Assembly: GCA_014905635.1 (NCBI GenBank)
Contig: JABVCE010000010.1
Location: forward strand, 248,001 to 312,000
Origin: Scenedesmus sp. PABB004
Taxonomy: Eukaryota
Direction: 5' to 3'
DNA: 64,000 bases
Below the pieces are notes generated by a model that worked only from the letters and a program-made list of their open reading frames with translations, did no database searches and was not told the origin of the DNA. This document shows, piece after piece, positions 1 through 13,462 of the stretch. Within the stretch, counting starts at the first letter, position 1; the number at the start of each line of letters is the position of its first letter. A program made the position numbers and the translations under genes.

Positions 1-166
1 GCGCCCGCCGCAATACCCCGGCGCGGCGGGCGCCCCGCCCCGCCGCCGCCGCCGCTCTCCTCGGCGCCGCCCCGCGCGCGCAGCAGCAGCCCCCCGCGGT
101 CGCACGCGCGCGCTCGTGGGCCCCCCGAGGCCGGTCCCTCGTCCCCCGTCCCCCGTCCGCTCATCA

Positions 167-1878
167 TCACAGCTCCTCCTTGTCGTCGTCGCCGCCGACG
201 ATGCCGCCAAATATGTCGCCCATGATGTCATCCAGGCTGAACTCGTCCTCCACCTCCACCGCCGCGTCCTGGCCGTCCCAGGGCTCGGTCGTCGCCACCG
301 CGCCGAGCCGGCCGCCCGCCACGGGCGCGACCGGCTCGTAGCGCAGGCCCTTGACAAACTCCTTGAGCGCGGGCCCAGCAAACGCGCTGCGCGGGCGGGC
401 GGGCGCGCGCGTGCGCGTGCGGCGGCGCAAGGGCATCGGGCGGCGGCGCGCGCGGCGCGCGCGGCGCGCGGGCAGAGCCAGCGGGCGCAGCCGGCACGTG
501 CGCCCCGGCTGCAGCCGCCGCGGCGGTGTGTGTGGCGCGCGTGCGTGCCTGCGCATGGTGGAGTACTTGAGGTCGCCCGGCTTGAGCGCGACGAGCGCGG
601 GGTAGCCAAAACCGCCGACGCCGAGGCTCTCCTCCAGCGCGGCCTGGCGCCCGCCCTCGGCCCACAGGTAGCTCCAGTTCCTGCGCGGCGCGCGCACCGA
701 GGGCGGGTCGCGGCGGGTCGCGCGGGGCGGCGGCGGCGGGTCGCGCAGGGCCGTGCGAGGCGGCGCGGCGGCGCAGGCGCGGCGCAGACGCGGCGCAGAC
801 GCGGCGCAGGCACGGGCGCAGGCGCGCCCCGCCACGCGCCTGTCCTTGTGGTCCGCGGCGAGCGCCTTGAGCGCGTCGAGGTAGGCCCGCCGCCCGTCGG
901 CGCGCGAGTCGAGGATGTTGGGCAGGAAGGCGACAAAGCACAGCTGCGCGGGCGCCGTCTGCGGTGCGGCGGCCGCCGCCGCGGCGAGGCGTGGGCGCGC
1001 GCGCGGGCGCATGGCGCGGCGGCGCCGGGCCCGCGCGCGGCCGCGCGCCGCCCCACGCTGCGCCGCGCCGCCCCACGCCGCGCCGCGCCACGCTGCGCCG
1101 CACACCTTCTCCATGCCCGGGTCTGTCACGCCGAGGCACTCCGTCTCAAACACCGCCTCGTCGACCAGCTCCCGCACCTGGCCCCCGCCGGGCGGCAGGC
1201 GGCGCGCGGGCGGGCGGGGGCGTGATCAGAAGCCGGTCACCAGGTCGCGGGCGCCGCGAGCCGCGTGCCGCGCCGCGCCGCCGCACCTCGCGCGGCTTGG
1301 CGTTGGCGCTCCACAGCTTGGTCGCGGCGTCGACGATCGACCCGCTGTCGCGGCCGCCCTGGTAGTCGGCGGGGCGGGCCTTGTCGGCGCCAAAGGTCTT
1401 GATCGTCGGGTACCCCTGCACGCCGTACTGCCCGCACGTCGACGCGTGCGCGGTGCAGTCGACCGCACCGAGCTTGACCTTGCCGCGCAGCTGCTCCGCC
1501 GCGTCGATCCAGGCCGGCTTGAGCGCCTTGCAGTGCCCACACCAGGGCGCGTAGAACTGGGGGGGGGGAGCCAACGATGGGAGCAGGAGCAGGGGAGGCG
1601 GCGGGAGCGCGGTGAGAGGCAGGAGGGCGGACGGCGCCGGCGCCCGGCGGCAGGGCAGCCAGCGGCCGCCGCCGCCGGGCCCGCGGCGGGCCGCGCGCTC
1701 CCCCTGCCGCCGGCCGCGGCGGCCGCGCCCCCGCCGCGCCGCCGGCGCTGGGCGGAGCCCTGGCCCCCCCCTGCCCCCGCGCACCTCGACCAGCCATACG
1801 TCGTCGCTGTCGATGACCTCGTCGTTGAAGTTGCCGTCCGTGAGCGTGACGACGTCGGTGCCGCCGTAAAAGCCGTCC

Positions 1879-1927
<49 letters not shown>

Positions 1928-2720
1928 TCGCGCGGCCGCCGCCGCCGCCGCCGCTGGGCGGCTTCTCGCCGAGCTGCTTGAACGCGTACGCGCGCGCCTT
2001 GTCGAGCGCAAAGCCCACGATCTCCTTGGCGCTGCGGCCGCCGCCGTAGTCGGACGACTTGATCGCGCCGCCGGACACGTACCTGCGCCGGGCGCAGGAC
2101 CGTCGTCGGGGCGCGCTGCGCAACGATGGCGCCCACGCGCCCGCCTGCGCCGCCGCGCGGCGCGTGAGTGCCCCCCGCCCCCAATGTCAAAAACCGCACA
2201 TGAACTTGATGGTCGGGAAGCCCCGGATGCCGTGCGCGCCCGCGACGCCCTTGTGCTCGTCGCAGTCGACCGCCGCGACGTTCACGATGCCGCGCAGCGC
2301 CTTGGCCGCCTGCTCCCACGCCGGCTTGAGCGCCTGGCAGTGCCCGCACCAGGGCGCGTAGAACTGCGGCCGGCGGCGGCACGGGCGGCGCGGCGGGCTG
2401 GACAGCGCGCCGCGCGGGCCGGCGGGCGCCCCCGCGCGAGCGGGGGCTGCGCGCTGCGGCTGGGCGTGGTCGGGCCTCGCCCCTCCATGATGGACGGCCG
2501 CGCGAGCGCGATCGGCGAGCCAGGCGCGCGTCTGCTGCTCCCGCACCTCCACGAGCCAAACGCCGCCGCTCTTGATTTTGGCCTCGAAGTTGCTCTCCGT
2601 CAGGCTCACCACGGAGCTTCCGGAGCCGTAGAAAGCGGAAACGCGCACGGGCGCCGTGCAGAGCAGCAGGCCGATGGTGGCCAGCAGCGCCCCGGGCGCG
2701 CCTGCTACGCGGGCCGCCAT
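167..2720 (-). CDS. Protein disulfide-isomerase A6/P5-like (PDIL2 family), spliced
   Basis: Signal peptide MAARVAGAPGALLATIGLLLC, two FYAPWCGHC thioredoxin sites, poly-Gly linker, PWDGQD motif, acidic tail ending KEEL (ER retention) at stop 167-169. Confidence 0.95.
1881..1926. repeat. (GCC)n trinucleotide repeat encoding the poly-Gly linker of the PDI
   Basis: Uninterrupted gccgccgcc run, in frame with the PDI exon. Confidence 0.9.
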
Positions 2721-3210
2721 GGTGACCAGCTGGGCTGCTGTGATGGTGAACGCGGAGCGCCGTGCGCTGTGCGGGACTGGCGACGCAGCTCGCAGCTGGG
2801 ACACCGTGTCGGTTCGATGCCTCGCGAACACCACCGAACCTCAAGCCCTCGGGCCTCTCGTGAGTCGCACGACGAGCGAGCTGTTCAGCTCATGTGGTCA
2901 TGTGCGTCCCACGCCGCGCGCCGCCCGCCGCCAGCGCGCGGCCGAACTCGCTGCCGCCGGCGCTCGTTGCGCGGCGGCGCTGCGGAAGTCAAGAGAATGG
3001 TACACGCAGAAGTGCGAGCGCGTGTGCACGTCAATCCCCTCAATTGTGGCAGCGAACAGAGCGCAGTGAGTGAAACACGGCGGGCGCGCAAACTGGTCAA
3101 CTCGGCGCCCGCGCGCCCGCCCCGCAATCAGCGCTCACACGCTTTTCAGTGTGCGCAATGGGAGCCACGCACGCACAGAGCTCAAGACCGCCCCGCCGCC
3201 GCTCGCTCAC

Positions 3211-5607
3211 TCACGCCGCCTTGGCGTGCAAGTCGACCTGGTGCGCAGCCCCCCTGGCGCCCGCCTTGCCGCCCGGCCGCGCCGCGGCGCCGCGGCGGGC
3301 CGCCAGCGCGCGGCGCGCGGCGCGCGCGGCCGCGGCGAGGGCGAGCCCCAGCGCCGCGGCCGCGGCGGCGGCGGCGGCGGCCACCGCGGCGGCGACGTCG
3401 GCGTTGGCCGCGCGCCACCAGGGCATGTCGGCGCTCGCTGGGATGAGGTGCGCCCAGCCGTGCGCCGCGTAAAACTCGACCAGGTCCGCCGCCCGCGCGG
3501 TGTTGGTCCGCACGTGCGCGCGCACGAGCGCCTGCAGCCGCGCCGCGGCGGCGGCGTAGCGCGGCGCGCGGTCGGGCGCGAGCATGCGGCGCAGCAGCGC
3601 GCCGAAGGCCTCGCGCGTGACGCGGTGTTGCACCAGCGCCTCGGCCATGCCCGCCTCGGACAGCTTGGCCGCGTTCATGGGCTGGTCGCCTGTGTGCGTG
3701 GGGGGGGGGGGGGGGGTGAGTGCGCAAGCAGGCGGTGTGAGCGCGCGGGCAGGCGTGAGGGGGCAGCACGCTGGCCGGCGAGCGAGGGAGCGAGCGAGCG
3801 CGTGGGAGCGCGGGCGCCGGGCCGGCGCGCTCGCCGCGCGCACCGAAGAAGGGCACGATCGCCATGGGCACGCCCTCGTACATCGCCTCGTGCGAGCTCT
3901 CCGCGCCGCCGTGGCTGACAAAGAGCGCCACCGCGGGGTGCGCGAGCAGCGCCTTTTGCGGCGCAAACGGCACGAGCAGCACGCGGGCGTCGAGGGACGC
4001 GGGGAAGCGGCTCCGCCGGATGTTGCTGACCGCCCAGACCACGCCGTCGAGCAGGCCGGCGTCCAGCGCGTCGACCAGGCCGCCCATGATGCCGCCCAGC
4101 ACCGCGTCGGGCATGTCCACGTGCGTGCCAAACGCGACGTACGCGACCGCCGGCGCGCGGCCGGCCGCCGCCGCGCGCGCGGCCGCGGCCGCGACCCAGT
4201 CGGCCAGCTCGGCGGTGAGCGTGACGTTGGAGCTGCCGCGGATGGGGCCGACCAGCTCGACGGTGGGGTCGATCGGCCGCGCGCTCTGCGTGTGTGTGCG
4301 TGTGCAGCGGGCCGGTCGGCGTGAGCGCGCGCCGCGCCGCGTGCTCGTGCCTGCGCCTGCGCCTGCGCCGCGCCGGCGGCGGGCGACTGCGTGGCTGCGT
4401 GGCTGCGTGCGTGGCGCCGTGCCTCAAAGCCGATGAAGGTGTTGACGAGCTTCACCGCCCGGGCGTGCACCGCCGCGGGCGGGCCGCGCGGCAGGTTGCG
4501 CACGCCCGCGGCGGCGCGCGCCGCCTGGAGCGCCGCGAGCGGGCGGCGGAACGCCCAGAGCGTCTGTGCGGGCGCGACGACGCTGTTGACAAAGCGCTGG
4601 CCAAAGGTCATGTGCCGCGTGGTACTGACGGGGTAGCGGCTGAACCAGCCGTTGACGTACGGCGCGTCGCTGACTGCGCGGCGCGGTCAGCGGCGCGGCG
4701 CGGTCAGCAGCAGCGGCGCGGCCGGCGGCGGCGGAACGCGAGCCGGCGGCGGCGGCGGCGCGCGAGCTGGCCGCGGCGTGCGAGCCGGCGGCGGGCGCGC
4801 TCACTGCCGTCTGGCAGGCCGCTCATCGTGACGGCGTAGCGGATGCCCAGCGTGTGCGCCTGCGCGCGCGCGCGCGCGCGGGCGGGCGGGCGCGCTCGCG
4901 GGGAGGGCTCGCGCCGCGCCGCGCCGCGCCGCGCCGGCGACTGCGGTCGCGGGCCCGTGCGCGCGCGCGTGCACGCCCGCGCGCGCGTGCGCGCCATGTC
5001 TGCGCAGGCGTCGATCATGAAGTCGCAGAGCAGCAGGTCGGGCGCGTTGGCGGTGAGCCAGGCGCGGTAGTGGTCGGCGAGCGGCTGGTACGTGGGCACA
5101 GTGAAGTTCTCCATGATGAGCGCAAAGTTGAAGTTGCCCGGCTTGAGGACCTGCAACCAGCGGGCGGGGCGCGGTGGGCGACGGTGGGCGAGGTGCGCGG
5201 CGGCGGCGCAGTGGAGTGCGCGCGCGGCGCGCCCGGGCGGGGCCGCCGCCGCCGCGCCGCCCACGCAGCCCGGCGTGGTCCTCCGCACCTCGACGATGAG
5301 GGCCGCCCGGTTGGAGGCCATCCACTCCTCGATGGCCCGCGGCACGAGGTCGACCTCGAGCTGAGGGTACGTCGGCGTCAGCCAGGCCGCGTCGTGCGTG
5401 CCGGTCAGCACGGTCACGCGGTGCCCGCGCGCCGCCAGCGGCGCGAGGATCTCCAGGAAGGGAATCAGGTGCGACCGGCCTGCGGCGCGCGGGCGGGCAG
5501 GCGGGCGGGCGCCTTGCGTCGGCCGTGGGCGCCGCGATGCGGCCGCGGGTGTCGGCTGGCGGCGCTGGCCGGGCCGCCGCGCGGCCGGGTGAAGCAAGCA
5601 AGGGCAG

Positions 5608-5672
<65 letters not shown>

Positions 5673-5828
5673 GAGGTGGGAGGCGAAGGCGATGTGCTGC
5701 TTCGCCAGCGGCGCCGGTGCCGCCGCCGCCGCCGTCCGCGCGGCCGCGGCGGTGGCGCCCGCCGCCAGGCCGAGCAGTGCCAGCACGAGCAGTGTCAGGC
5801 CGAGGGGGCGCGGCCTGGCGGCCTCCAT
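3211..5828 (-). CDS. Membrane-anchored UDP-glycosyltransferase (GT1, UDP-glucuronosyltransferase-like), spliced
   Basis: Signal peptide, RSHL catalytic His region, MTFGQRFVN, signature FAPQKALLAHPAVALFVSHGGAESSHEAMYEGVPMAIVPFFGDQ, C-terminal hydrophobic helix. Confidence 0.92.
5611..5671. repeat. (CA)n microsatellite, read as (GT)n at the 5' end of UGT intron 1
   Basis: About 30 CA units beginning at the GT donor after exon sequence FASHLG. Confidence 0.95.
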
Positions 5829-6439
5829 GGCCGCGCGGGGCGAGCGGGCGGTCGCTGGCAGGCTGGGCGAGCGAGACACCTGGCTGCGCGAGTGCAGGGC
5901 AGAGCAGGGCCGCGGCTTGTGCGTCCGGGAGTGGCAGGCAGGCTCGGCGGATGGCCCTAAATGGGCGGCGGGGGCGCTTAACCACGGCTCGCGTGCGTTC
6001 TCGTCATCGAGGCCCAGGCTTTGCGGCCCGAGCCCGTAATCCCGCCGCGAGCCCGCCGCGCGCGCTGGCAAAGAGACCACGTTCGTCGTCGTCTGAGCGG
6101 AGGGCCGGCGCGGCGAGCGAGCAGGCGGGCGTCACCAGCACCGGAGCATCGCCGCCGCTCCGCTGCTCCGAGCTGCCGCGGTGACAACCGCCGCCGGCGG
6201 CACCCAAGCCGCCCCCGCGGGCCAACTCGCCAAGCCTCGTCCACACCTCCATGTACAACCGCCGCGCTCGCCCGAGCCGCGCTGCCAGCAGTGCGCCGCA
6301 TCGTGTCGCAGGATGCGCCGCGGTCCGCGCCCACGTCACCGCCGCCGAGCCGTGCCGAGGCTGAGCGCGGCGGCGGCCAGCTGCCGCCGCCCGCCCGCCG
6401 GGCCGGCCGTCCGTGGCCCTCGCTCTCCGTGCAGCCGCC

Positions 6440-6546
6440 TCACATTCGCTGCTGCTGCTGCTGCTGCTGCGCCGCGGCCATCCGCGCCTGCAGCTGCTGC
6501 TGCTGCGCCTGCAGCTGCTGCAGCTGCGCCGCCTGCTGCTGCTGCG

Positions 6547-6584
<38 letters not shown>

Positions 6585-9500
6585 GCCGGCGGCGGCGCCG
6601 CGCCGCCGCCGGGCGCGCCGGGCGGCCGCGCCGCGCCGGGGCCGCCACCGGGCCGGCGCCGGCGCCGCGCGGCGGCGGCAGCGTCGGCGTGACGCCCTGG
6701 ATGGGCACCAGCTGCGCGAGGCTCGCGCCGAGCATGCGCGCCACGAGGCCCTCGACCGCGGGGCCCGCGCCCGCGACGAAGCGCGATAGGCTGGTCAGGT
6801 AGGCCGCGGGATGGAGGTTGCCGATGTGCCCCGCGATGCAGCGCAGCACGGGGCGCGCGCCCGCGCCAAACGGCACGCCCTCGGGGTTGGCGCCGTCCGC
6901 GAGGCCGCCCCAGTGCGACGCCGCGAGCAGCGCGCGCGAGTGCGGGCCGCCCAGCTTCTCGGCCTTGATCCTGCGCCGGCGCCGCGCGGCGCGGGCCGTG
7001 TCAGCGCGCAGCGCGCACAGCGCGCCGCGCGCGCGGCGCCGCCCGGGCGCCCCTCGCCGCCGCCGGTCGCCCCCGCGCACTTGTAGGTGTCGCGCGCGCT
7101 GTCGCCGTCGAGCGCGGCCGCGGGCTCCGCGTTGCCCTGCGCGAGCGGGATGAACCGCGACCCGCGCGCCCGCTTCGGCGCGGGCGCGTCGTCGTCGCGC
7201 CGCGTCCGCCCGCGCCGCGCGGCGCGCGTCGTCATCTGCTGCGCGCCGCCGCGCTCGCCGCGCTCGCTGCGCTCGCCGGCGCCGTCGCCGCCGCCGTCGC
7301 CGCCGGTGCCGCCGGCCGCGCCATCGGCGCCCGGCGCGGGGCCGGGCATCTGCCCGTTGGTCGGCGCGTTGCCGGTGAAGCCGCGCAGCTTGAAGCGGCC
7401 CTGCTTGAAGTTTTTGAGCATGCGCAGCGTCGCGTTCAGCAGCGCGTCGGCCTGCTTGTGCACGATCGTCGCGGGGAGGTTGTAGACCTTGGCGTTGACA
7501 AACATGAGCACCAGGTCCTCCTGCACGTCCGCCCACGTGTTGTAGCACCCGCGGTCGACCTTGGCCTTCATCGTCGCGAGGTCCATCGGCGTCTTGATGA
7601 TCTTGCTGTACCCCGGCGCCTGGCCGCGGCGGGGCGGCGGGGCGGGCGGCGGGGCGGCGGCAGGGGTCGGCGGCGGGCGCAGCGGCGGCGGAAGGGTTCG
7701 GGGCCAAGGCCGCGGCGCGCGGCGTCGGGGCGCGCGGGCGGCGCGCGGCGGCGCGGGCGCGGCGCCGGGCGCTTTCAGTGCGGCGCCGCGCACCACTGCG
7801 TCGGTGACGGGCGTTGTGAAGAAGCGGAACTTGTCGCGCTTGTCCACCGCCATGAGCAGCTTCATCATCGTCGCGCGCGTGGCCGGGTGCGTCTCCTCCG
7901 TCGCGAGCACCTCGTCCAGCGCCGCCTGGTCCACGAGCGGCGCGGGCGCGGCCGGCGCGGCCGGCGCGGCCGGCGCGAGCGCCTGCGACGCCGCCTGCTG
8001 CGCGAGCGTCGGCGCGCCGCCGCGCGCGCCGCGCCCGCGGCCGCCGCCGACGCCGCCGGCGCGGGCGCCGCCGCCGCCGGGCGCGTCGGGCGGCCCGCCC
8101 GCGTCGGGCGGCGGGTCGACGAGCCCAAACGCCGCGGCGCCGTCGGCGGTGGCGGTCATGCGCGCAAACGCCGCCGCCGCGTCGGCGGCCGACAGGATGG
8201 GCCCGCCGTCGCCCCGGGCGGCGCCGCCGCCGACGCGTGGTGCGCGGGCTCGGGCGGCGGCGGCGCGTGGTGCGCCGCCGGCGGCGCGTAGTGGTGCGCG
8301 GGCGGGCCGTGGCGCGCGCCCGGCGCGCCGCCAGCGTGCACGTGGCGCTGCGCCGCCGCGACCGCCGCCGCGGCGGCGCGGCTCGCGCCACCGCCGCGGC
8401 CGCCCCACGCCGGGCGGTGCGTGGCGCCGCCCGCGCCGGCGCCCGACGCGGCGCGCAGGCGGCCCGCGTGCCGCGCCGCGGCGGCGTTCTGGGCCGCCTG
8501 CGCGCGCGCGCGTGCGCGCTCGCGTTCCGCCTTGGGGTTGAAATCCTCGTCAGCGTCCTCGTCGGCGTCGTCCCGGAACGCGCCGACCTTGGGCCGCTTC
8601 GTGCGCGGGCCGAGCACCGCCGGCGGCGGGCCCAGGTTGTCGCGCGGCCCGCGCGGCCCCCCCGGCGCCCGGCCGCGCTTCTGCCCCGCGAGCGGCGCCG
8701 GCGCGTAGCCGCCGCCGCCGCCGGGCGCGCCGCCGTAGCCGCCCGCGGCGAGGCTCGCCGCCTCGGCGAGCGCGCTGGTGCGCGGCATCGGCGCCGGCGC
8801 CGGCCGCGCCGGCGCGGGCGCGGGCGTGGCGCCGAGGCCGCCGCCGTAGTCGCCGTAGCCGCCGTAGCCGCCGCCGCCGAGGCTGGGCGGGCGCGGCCCG
8901 CCGCCGCGCGCCTTGTTGATCGTGAGGCGCGGCCGCGGCGCGCCGCCGGGCGCGGCGCTGCCGGGCGTCGGCGCGGCCGCCGTCGCGTAGCCGGCCGCGG
9001 GGCTGGCGCCGGGCGGGCGCGGCCCGCCGCTCGCGCCCTTGAGCTTGATGCCGAGCTTGCGGGGGCCCGACGAGCCGGGCGTGGCCGAGGCGGGCGTGCC
9101 GCCAAAGCCGATGCCCGCCGGCCGCACCGCCGACGCGGGCGTCGCCGCAAACGCTGCGGGCCGCGGCGGCGCGTGCGCCGGCTGCGGCGTCGCGGCGCCC
9201 GCGCCCGGCGTGGCCGCGCCCGGCGGCCGGCTGCCCTGGCCCTTGAGCGTGAAGGGCCGCCGCGCCGGCGTGCCCGCCGCCGCCGCCGCTGCTGGCGCTG
9301 CTGCTGCTGGCGCCGCCGCCGCTGGCGCCGGGCCCGCCAGCGCCGGTGAGGGCGCGCCCGCGCCCTTCAGCGACAGCGGCGGCCGGGGCACGCCCGGGGT
9401 GCGCGAGGCGCCCTTCAGGGACAGCCCCAGCGGCCGGGGCGCCGACGCGGGCGTGGGTGCTGCTGCTGCTGCTGGCGCCGGCACGCCGCCGGCGCCGCCT

Positions 9501-9631
9501 CCGCCCGCCTCGCCGGCGCCCGCGGGCCGCGGGCCGCCGGGCGTGCTGCCATTGGCGGGCGGGCCAGCAGCTGCGGAGGGCGTCTTCTTGAGCGTGAGCT
9601 TGAAGCCCGGCCGGGGGCCGCCCGAGCTCAT
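6440..9631 (-). CDS. BRD7/BRD9-like bromodomain protein (SWI/SNF-associated), spliced, with an apparent frameshift near 8213
   Basis: Bromodomain DKFRFFTTPVTDAV|APGYSKIIKTPMDLATMKAKV...FVNAKVYN; C-terminal YLTSLSRFVAGAGP resembles plant BRD1/2/13; Pro/Ala-rich N-terminus; poly-Q tail. Confidence 0.85.
6449..6583. repeat. Interrupted CAG/CTG repeats encoding the poly-Q tail of the bromodomain protein
   Basis: Runs of gctgctgct on the + strand. Confidence 0.85.
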
Positions 9632-9988
9632 CGCGGCGCCCCGGGGCGCGGGACGCGCGCTGCGCCCGCGCCCGCGGCTCAGCTGGAGGCCATGCGGCGA
9701 CGCGCCGCGCGGGGCGGCCTCGCCCGCCCGCGTTTGCTGCTGCTGCTCCGGGCCTACGGGCGCCTCGCGCGTCGGCTGCGCGCCCCCGAGGCTGCCGCGC
9801 GCGAGACGAGGCCGTTGGCGGGGCGGGCGCGCTGGGCGGCGGGTGCCGCGGCGGCGCGGCGGCGCAGCGGTCGGGGCGCGGCGCAGCGGTTGAGCGGCAC
9901 GCGCGCGCGCACGCGCGCGCGGCGGCCGGTGCGCCTCTCTCGCTCGGTTGCACACAGCCCTCAACTCCGCCGCCGCCGCCGCGCCGCG

Positions 9989-12900
9989 TCAGTTGGCCCA
10001 GAGCAGCACGTCGCCGTCGGCGCCGGCCGTGAAGAGCCAGGGCTGCGTCGGGTGGAACGCGCAGTCGAGCACGCCCGCCGAGTCGACGACCGCGTGGCCG
10101 CGCAGGATCTTGACCGGCACGATGAGCGGGTTGGTCAGCAGGTCGGCGTAGACGCGGCCGTGGAAGACGTGCGCGGTGCCGTCGTCGGAGGACGACGCAA
10201 AGAGCGGGTAGCTCGCGTGGAAGGCCGCGCCGCGCACCGCGTACGCGTGGTAGCGCAGCGCCCGGTACGGCGTCGTCGACAGGTCCAGGTCGTACCTGCG
10301 GCGCGGCGGGGCGCAGGGCGCGGCGGGGCAGGGTTCATCAGGGGCGGGGCGAGGGGTGAAGGGTCCAGCGCCGGGGCGTTCGGGGGCGCGCGGGCGCGGC
10401 GAGAGGCGGAGGGGTCGGGCGCGCGCGCGCAGGCGGGCGGCGCACCAGGCGAGGCGTTTGTCCTCGCTGCCCACGATCACGTGGTCGCCGCTCGGGTGCA
10501 CCGCGAGCGCGCTGATGACGCCGCTGCCGCCGACCAGCTTCTTGGCGAGCGCCTGCGCCGCCGCCGCGGGCGCGCACGCAGCGTCGCACAGTCGTCCTCG
10601 CGGCGGCGGCGGCGGCGCGACGCGGGCAGGAGGGGTGCGTCGCCCTGCCGCGGCGGCGCGCGGGCGCGCGTGGCGTGCGTGCTGCCCGCTCCCCTCCCCG
10701 GCGCGCCTGCTTGGCGAGGTTGTAGATGCGCACGGCGTTTTGCGTCGCGACGAAGAAAAAGGGCTTTGTCGGGTGGAACGCGACGCGCATGACGCGGCCC
10801 CGGTTCTTGCGGAACGGGTTCTGGCTCGCCCGCCGCGACAGCTGGTGCACGAGCACGCTCTGCACGCGGCGCGGCGCGGCGCGGTGTGAGGAGGGCGGCG
10901 GCGCGGCGGGCGTCAGCGGCGCGCACACGGCGGCGCGCATCTGAGCACAGCGCGGAGCAGGCAGGCAGGCCTCAGCAGGAAAGTCGTCGCCAGCGGCGCC
11001 CGGAGCGTGCCGGGGCCTCGGACAAACTGTGATTTGGGCATCACCGGCCGCCGCGCCCCTCCACTCGCGCGCCCCGGGCCCACGCGCCCCGCGCCCCGCG
11101 CCCCGCGCGCACCTGCGTCGCGCCCGTGGGCGCCACCGAGGCAAAGTAGTCGCCGCGCGCGTGCCACGTGACCTGGCGCACCGGGTGCCGCGTGACGAGC
11201 TCGGCGCCGCCGTCGGGGCGCGCCGTCCAGACCGCCAGCGGCTGCTGCTCGGCGTCGGCGGCCGCTGCAGCCGACACCTGGGCGGGGGAGGGAGGGGGCA
11301 GGGCGGCGCGGCGCGGGGCGGGGGTCGGCCACGGCGCGCGGGCGGCGCGCGGGCGGGCGGGGGGCCGCCGGCGCGCCCTCAATCAACGCCGCGGCGTGCA
11401 CCTTGCACGCCGCGCGCGCCGCGGCGTCGACCTCGTCGCCGCCCAGGCCCGAGGGCAGCAGCACGACGCGCTTGCCGACCGCCGCCGACAGCAGCTGCAG
11501 CGCCGGGTCGGGGCACCACGCGACGCTGAGCACCGGCTCGCCCAGCGCCCACCGCGCCGCGCAGCGCCCGGTCGCCACCTCCCACAGGCGCAGCGAGCCG
11601 TCGTCCGAGCCGCTCGCGAGCCACTGCCCGCCCGGGTGCGGCGCGACGCTGCGCACGCGGCCGGTGTGGCCGCTGAAGCGCAGCGCGAGCGCCTGGGGGT
11701 AGGGCTGGAGGTCCTGCGGCTTGGGCAGCTTGGGCACGAGGGTCTTGGGGTCGATGAAGAGACGCTTCTTGCGCACCCTGCAAGGCGCCGCGCGGACGCG
11801 CGGTGAGGCGCGGGCGCGGGCGCGCGGTGAGCGGCGGCGCGGTGAGCGGGGGCGCGCGGCGGCGGCGGCGGCGGCAGCGGCGGCGGCAGTGCCGGCCGTG
11901 CCGGCGGCCGTTGCCCCCCCCCCCCCCCCCGCGGGCCGAGCAGCCCGCGGACTGCGCCGGGGGGCTCGAGCGGCCGCGGTTGAGGGCGGGGCCAGAACCC
12001 TGTGGCGCCCGCGCACCGGGGGCAGAGGTAGAGGTCCAGGCAGCGCTCAAAGCGCTCCTTGATGAACGCGCCATACAGCGGCACCGCGCGCAGGCTGTCA
12101 AAGCCCTGCGGCACGTAGCCCGGCCGCTCCTCCGGCGGCAGCAGCTCCCAGCCCGCCTTCTCCTCCTCTGCGCGGCGCGCGCGGGGCGCGCGCGGGGGAA
12201 GGGACGGGGTGAGGGGCGGCGGCAGCGAGGCGCAAAGACGCGGCGCGGCACGGCGCACGGCGCACGGCGCCGCACACGCAGCGCGGTGCGCGGCCGCGGC
12301 GCGGCGCGGCGCACGGCGCAGCACGCGCAGCACACGCGGCGCGCACCGGTGGGGATGAACTCCTTGGGCGGGTTGTAGCTCTCCTCGTGCCCCGGCAGCT
12401 TGGGCTTGGCGGGCGGGATGTAGGTGAGCCCGGTCGACGTCCTGTCCGCCGCCTGCGCGCGGCGCCGGCGCCGGCGTGGGCACGTGAGCGCGCGCGCGCG
12501 CCCCGCCCACGCCTACCCGCGCAGCGCGCCGCTGCGTGCCCGGGTGCGCGCGTGCAGCAGCGCCGCGCGGCGGCCCCGCGCGGCGCGCGCGCCTGGTCGT
12601 CGTCGCCCCAGAGCAGGTAGACGGTCTGGGGCGGCGGGCGGCGCCGGATCTTGCCCGTGCGCAGCCAGCCCTTGCGTATGGCGCGGACGAGCTTCACGAT
12701 CCTGGCGCAGCGCCGCGCGGGCACGGTGAGCCCGGGCGCAGCGGCGGTGCGGGCGGCTGCGCGGGCGCTGCGGCAGTGCCTGGCACCCCCGCGGGTGCAC
12801 GCGCGCGCGCGCTCACTTCTGCTCCTCCCACTTGGAGGGGATGAAGCGGCGCTTGGGCTCGGGCGCGTTAAGCAGCGGCTCGGGGTTAAGCTCGCCGCTG

Positions 12901-13430
12901 TGGTACTCCAGGTAGGGCTCGTACGGGTCGACCTGTGCGCGGCACACACGGCGCGGAGCGGGCGCGGCAGCACGCGCGTCAGATCGCGCGGCGGAGGCCT
13001 CGGCGTGCGCGCGCGGCGGCCGCCGCCCGTGCCGCGCGCCGCGCGCCGCGCGCCGCGCGCCTCTGCGTGCGGGAAGTGTCCGCGGCGTATGCGCAGTATC
13101 ATGCCGAGCTCCTCCTTGCTGAGCGTGATCTCCTCGTCGTTGTAGGCGTCGTAAATGGTGCGCAGCGCGGCGCTGCTGTCGTTGCGCGCGAGCAGCGCGT
13201 CGAGCTTGTCGCCCCGCGCCGACTTGGCGATGCGCGCGCCTGCAGGCGCGTGGCGCCGGCGGCGGCGGCGGCGCCGGCGGCGGCGTCGGCGGCCGTGCGG
13301 CGGCTGCTGCGCGCCAGGGGCCCCGCGCACGACTGCGCAGCCCCGCGCACCCGCGCGGTCGTAGCCGATGTGATCCTCGTCCTTGTACCACGCGAGCGGC
13401 ACGTCGCCGACTGCGGCGGCGGCGACGGCG

Positions 13431-13462
<32 letters not shown>

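Noticed and set aside
5465..5671. Cys-Val (CVCVCV) or His-Thr repeat protein ORFs
   Set aside because: Translation of an intronic (CA)n microsatellite
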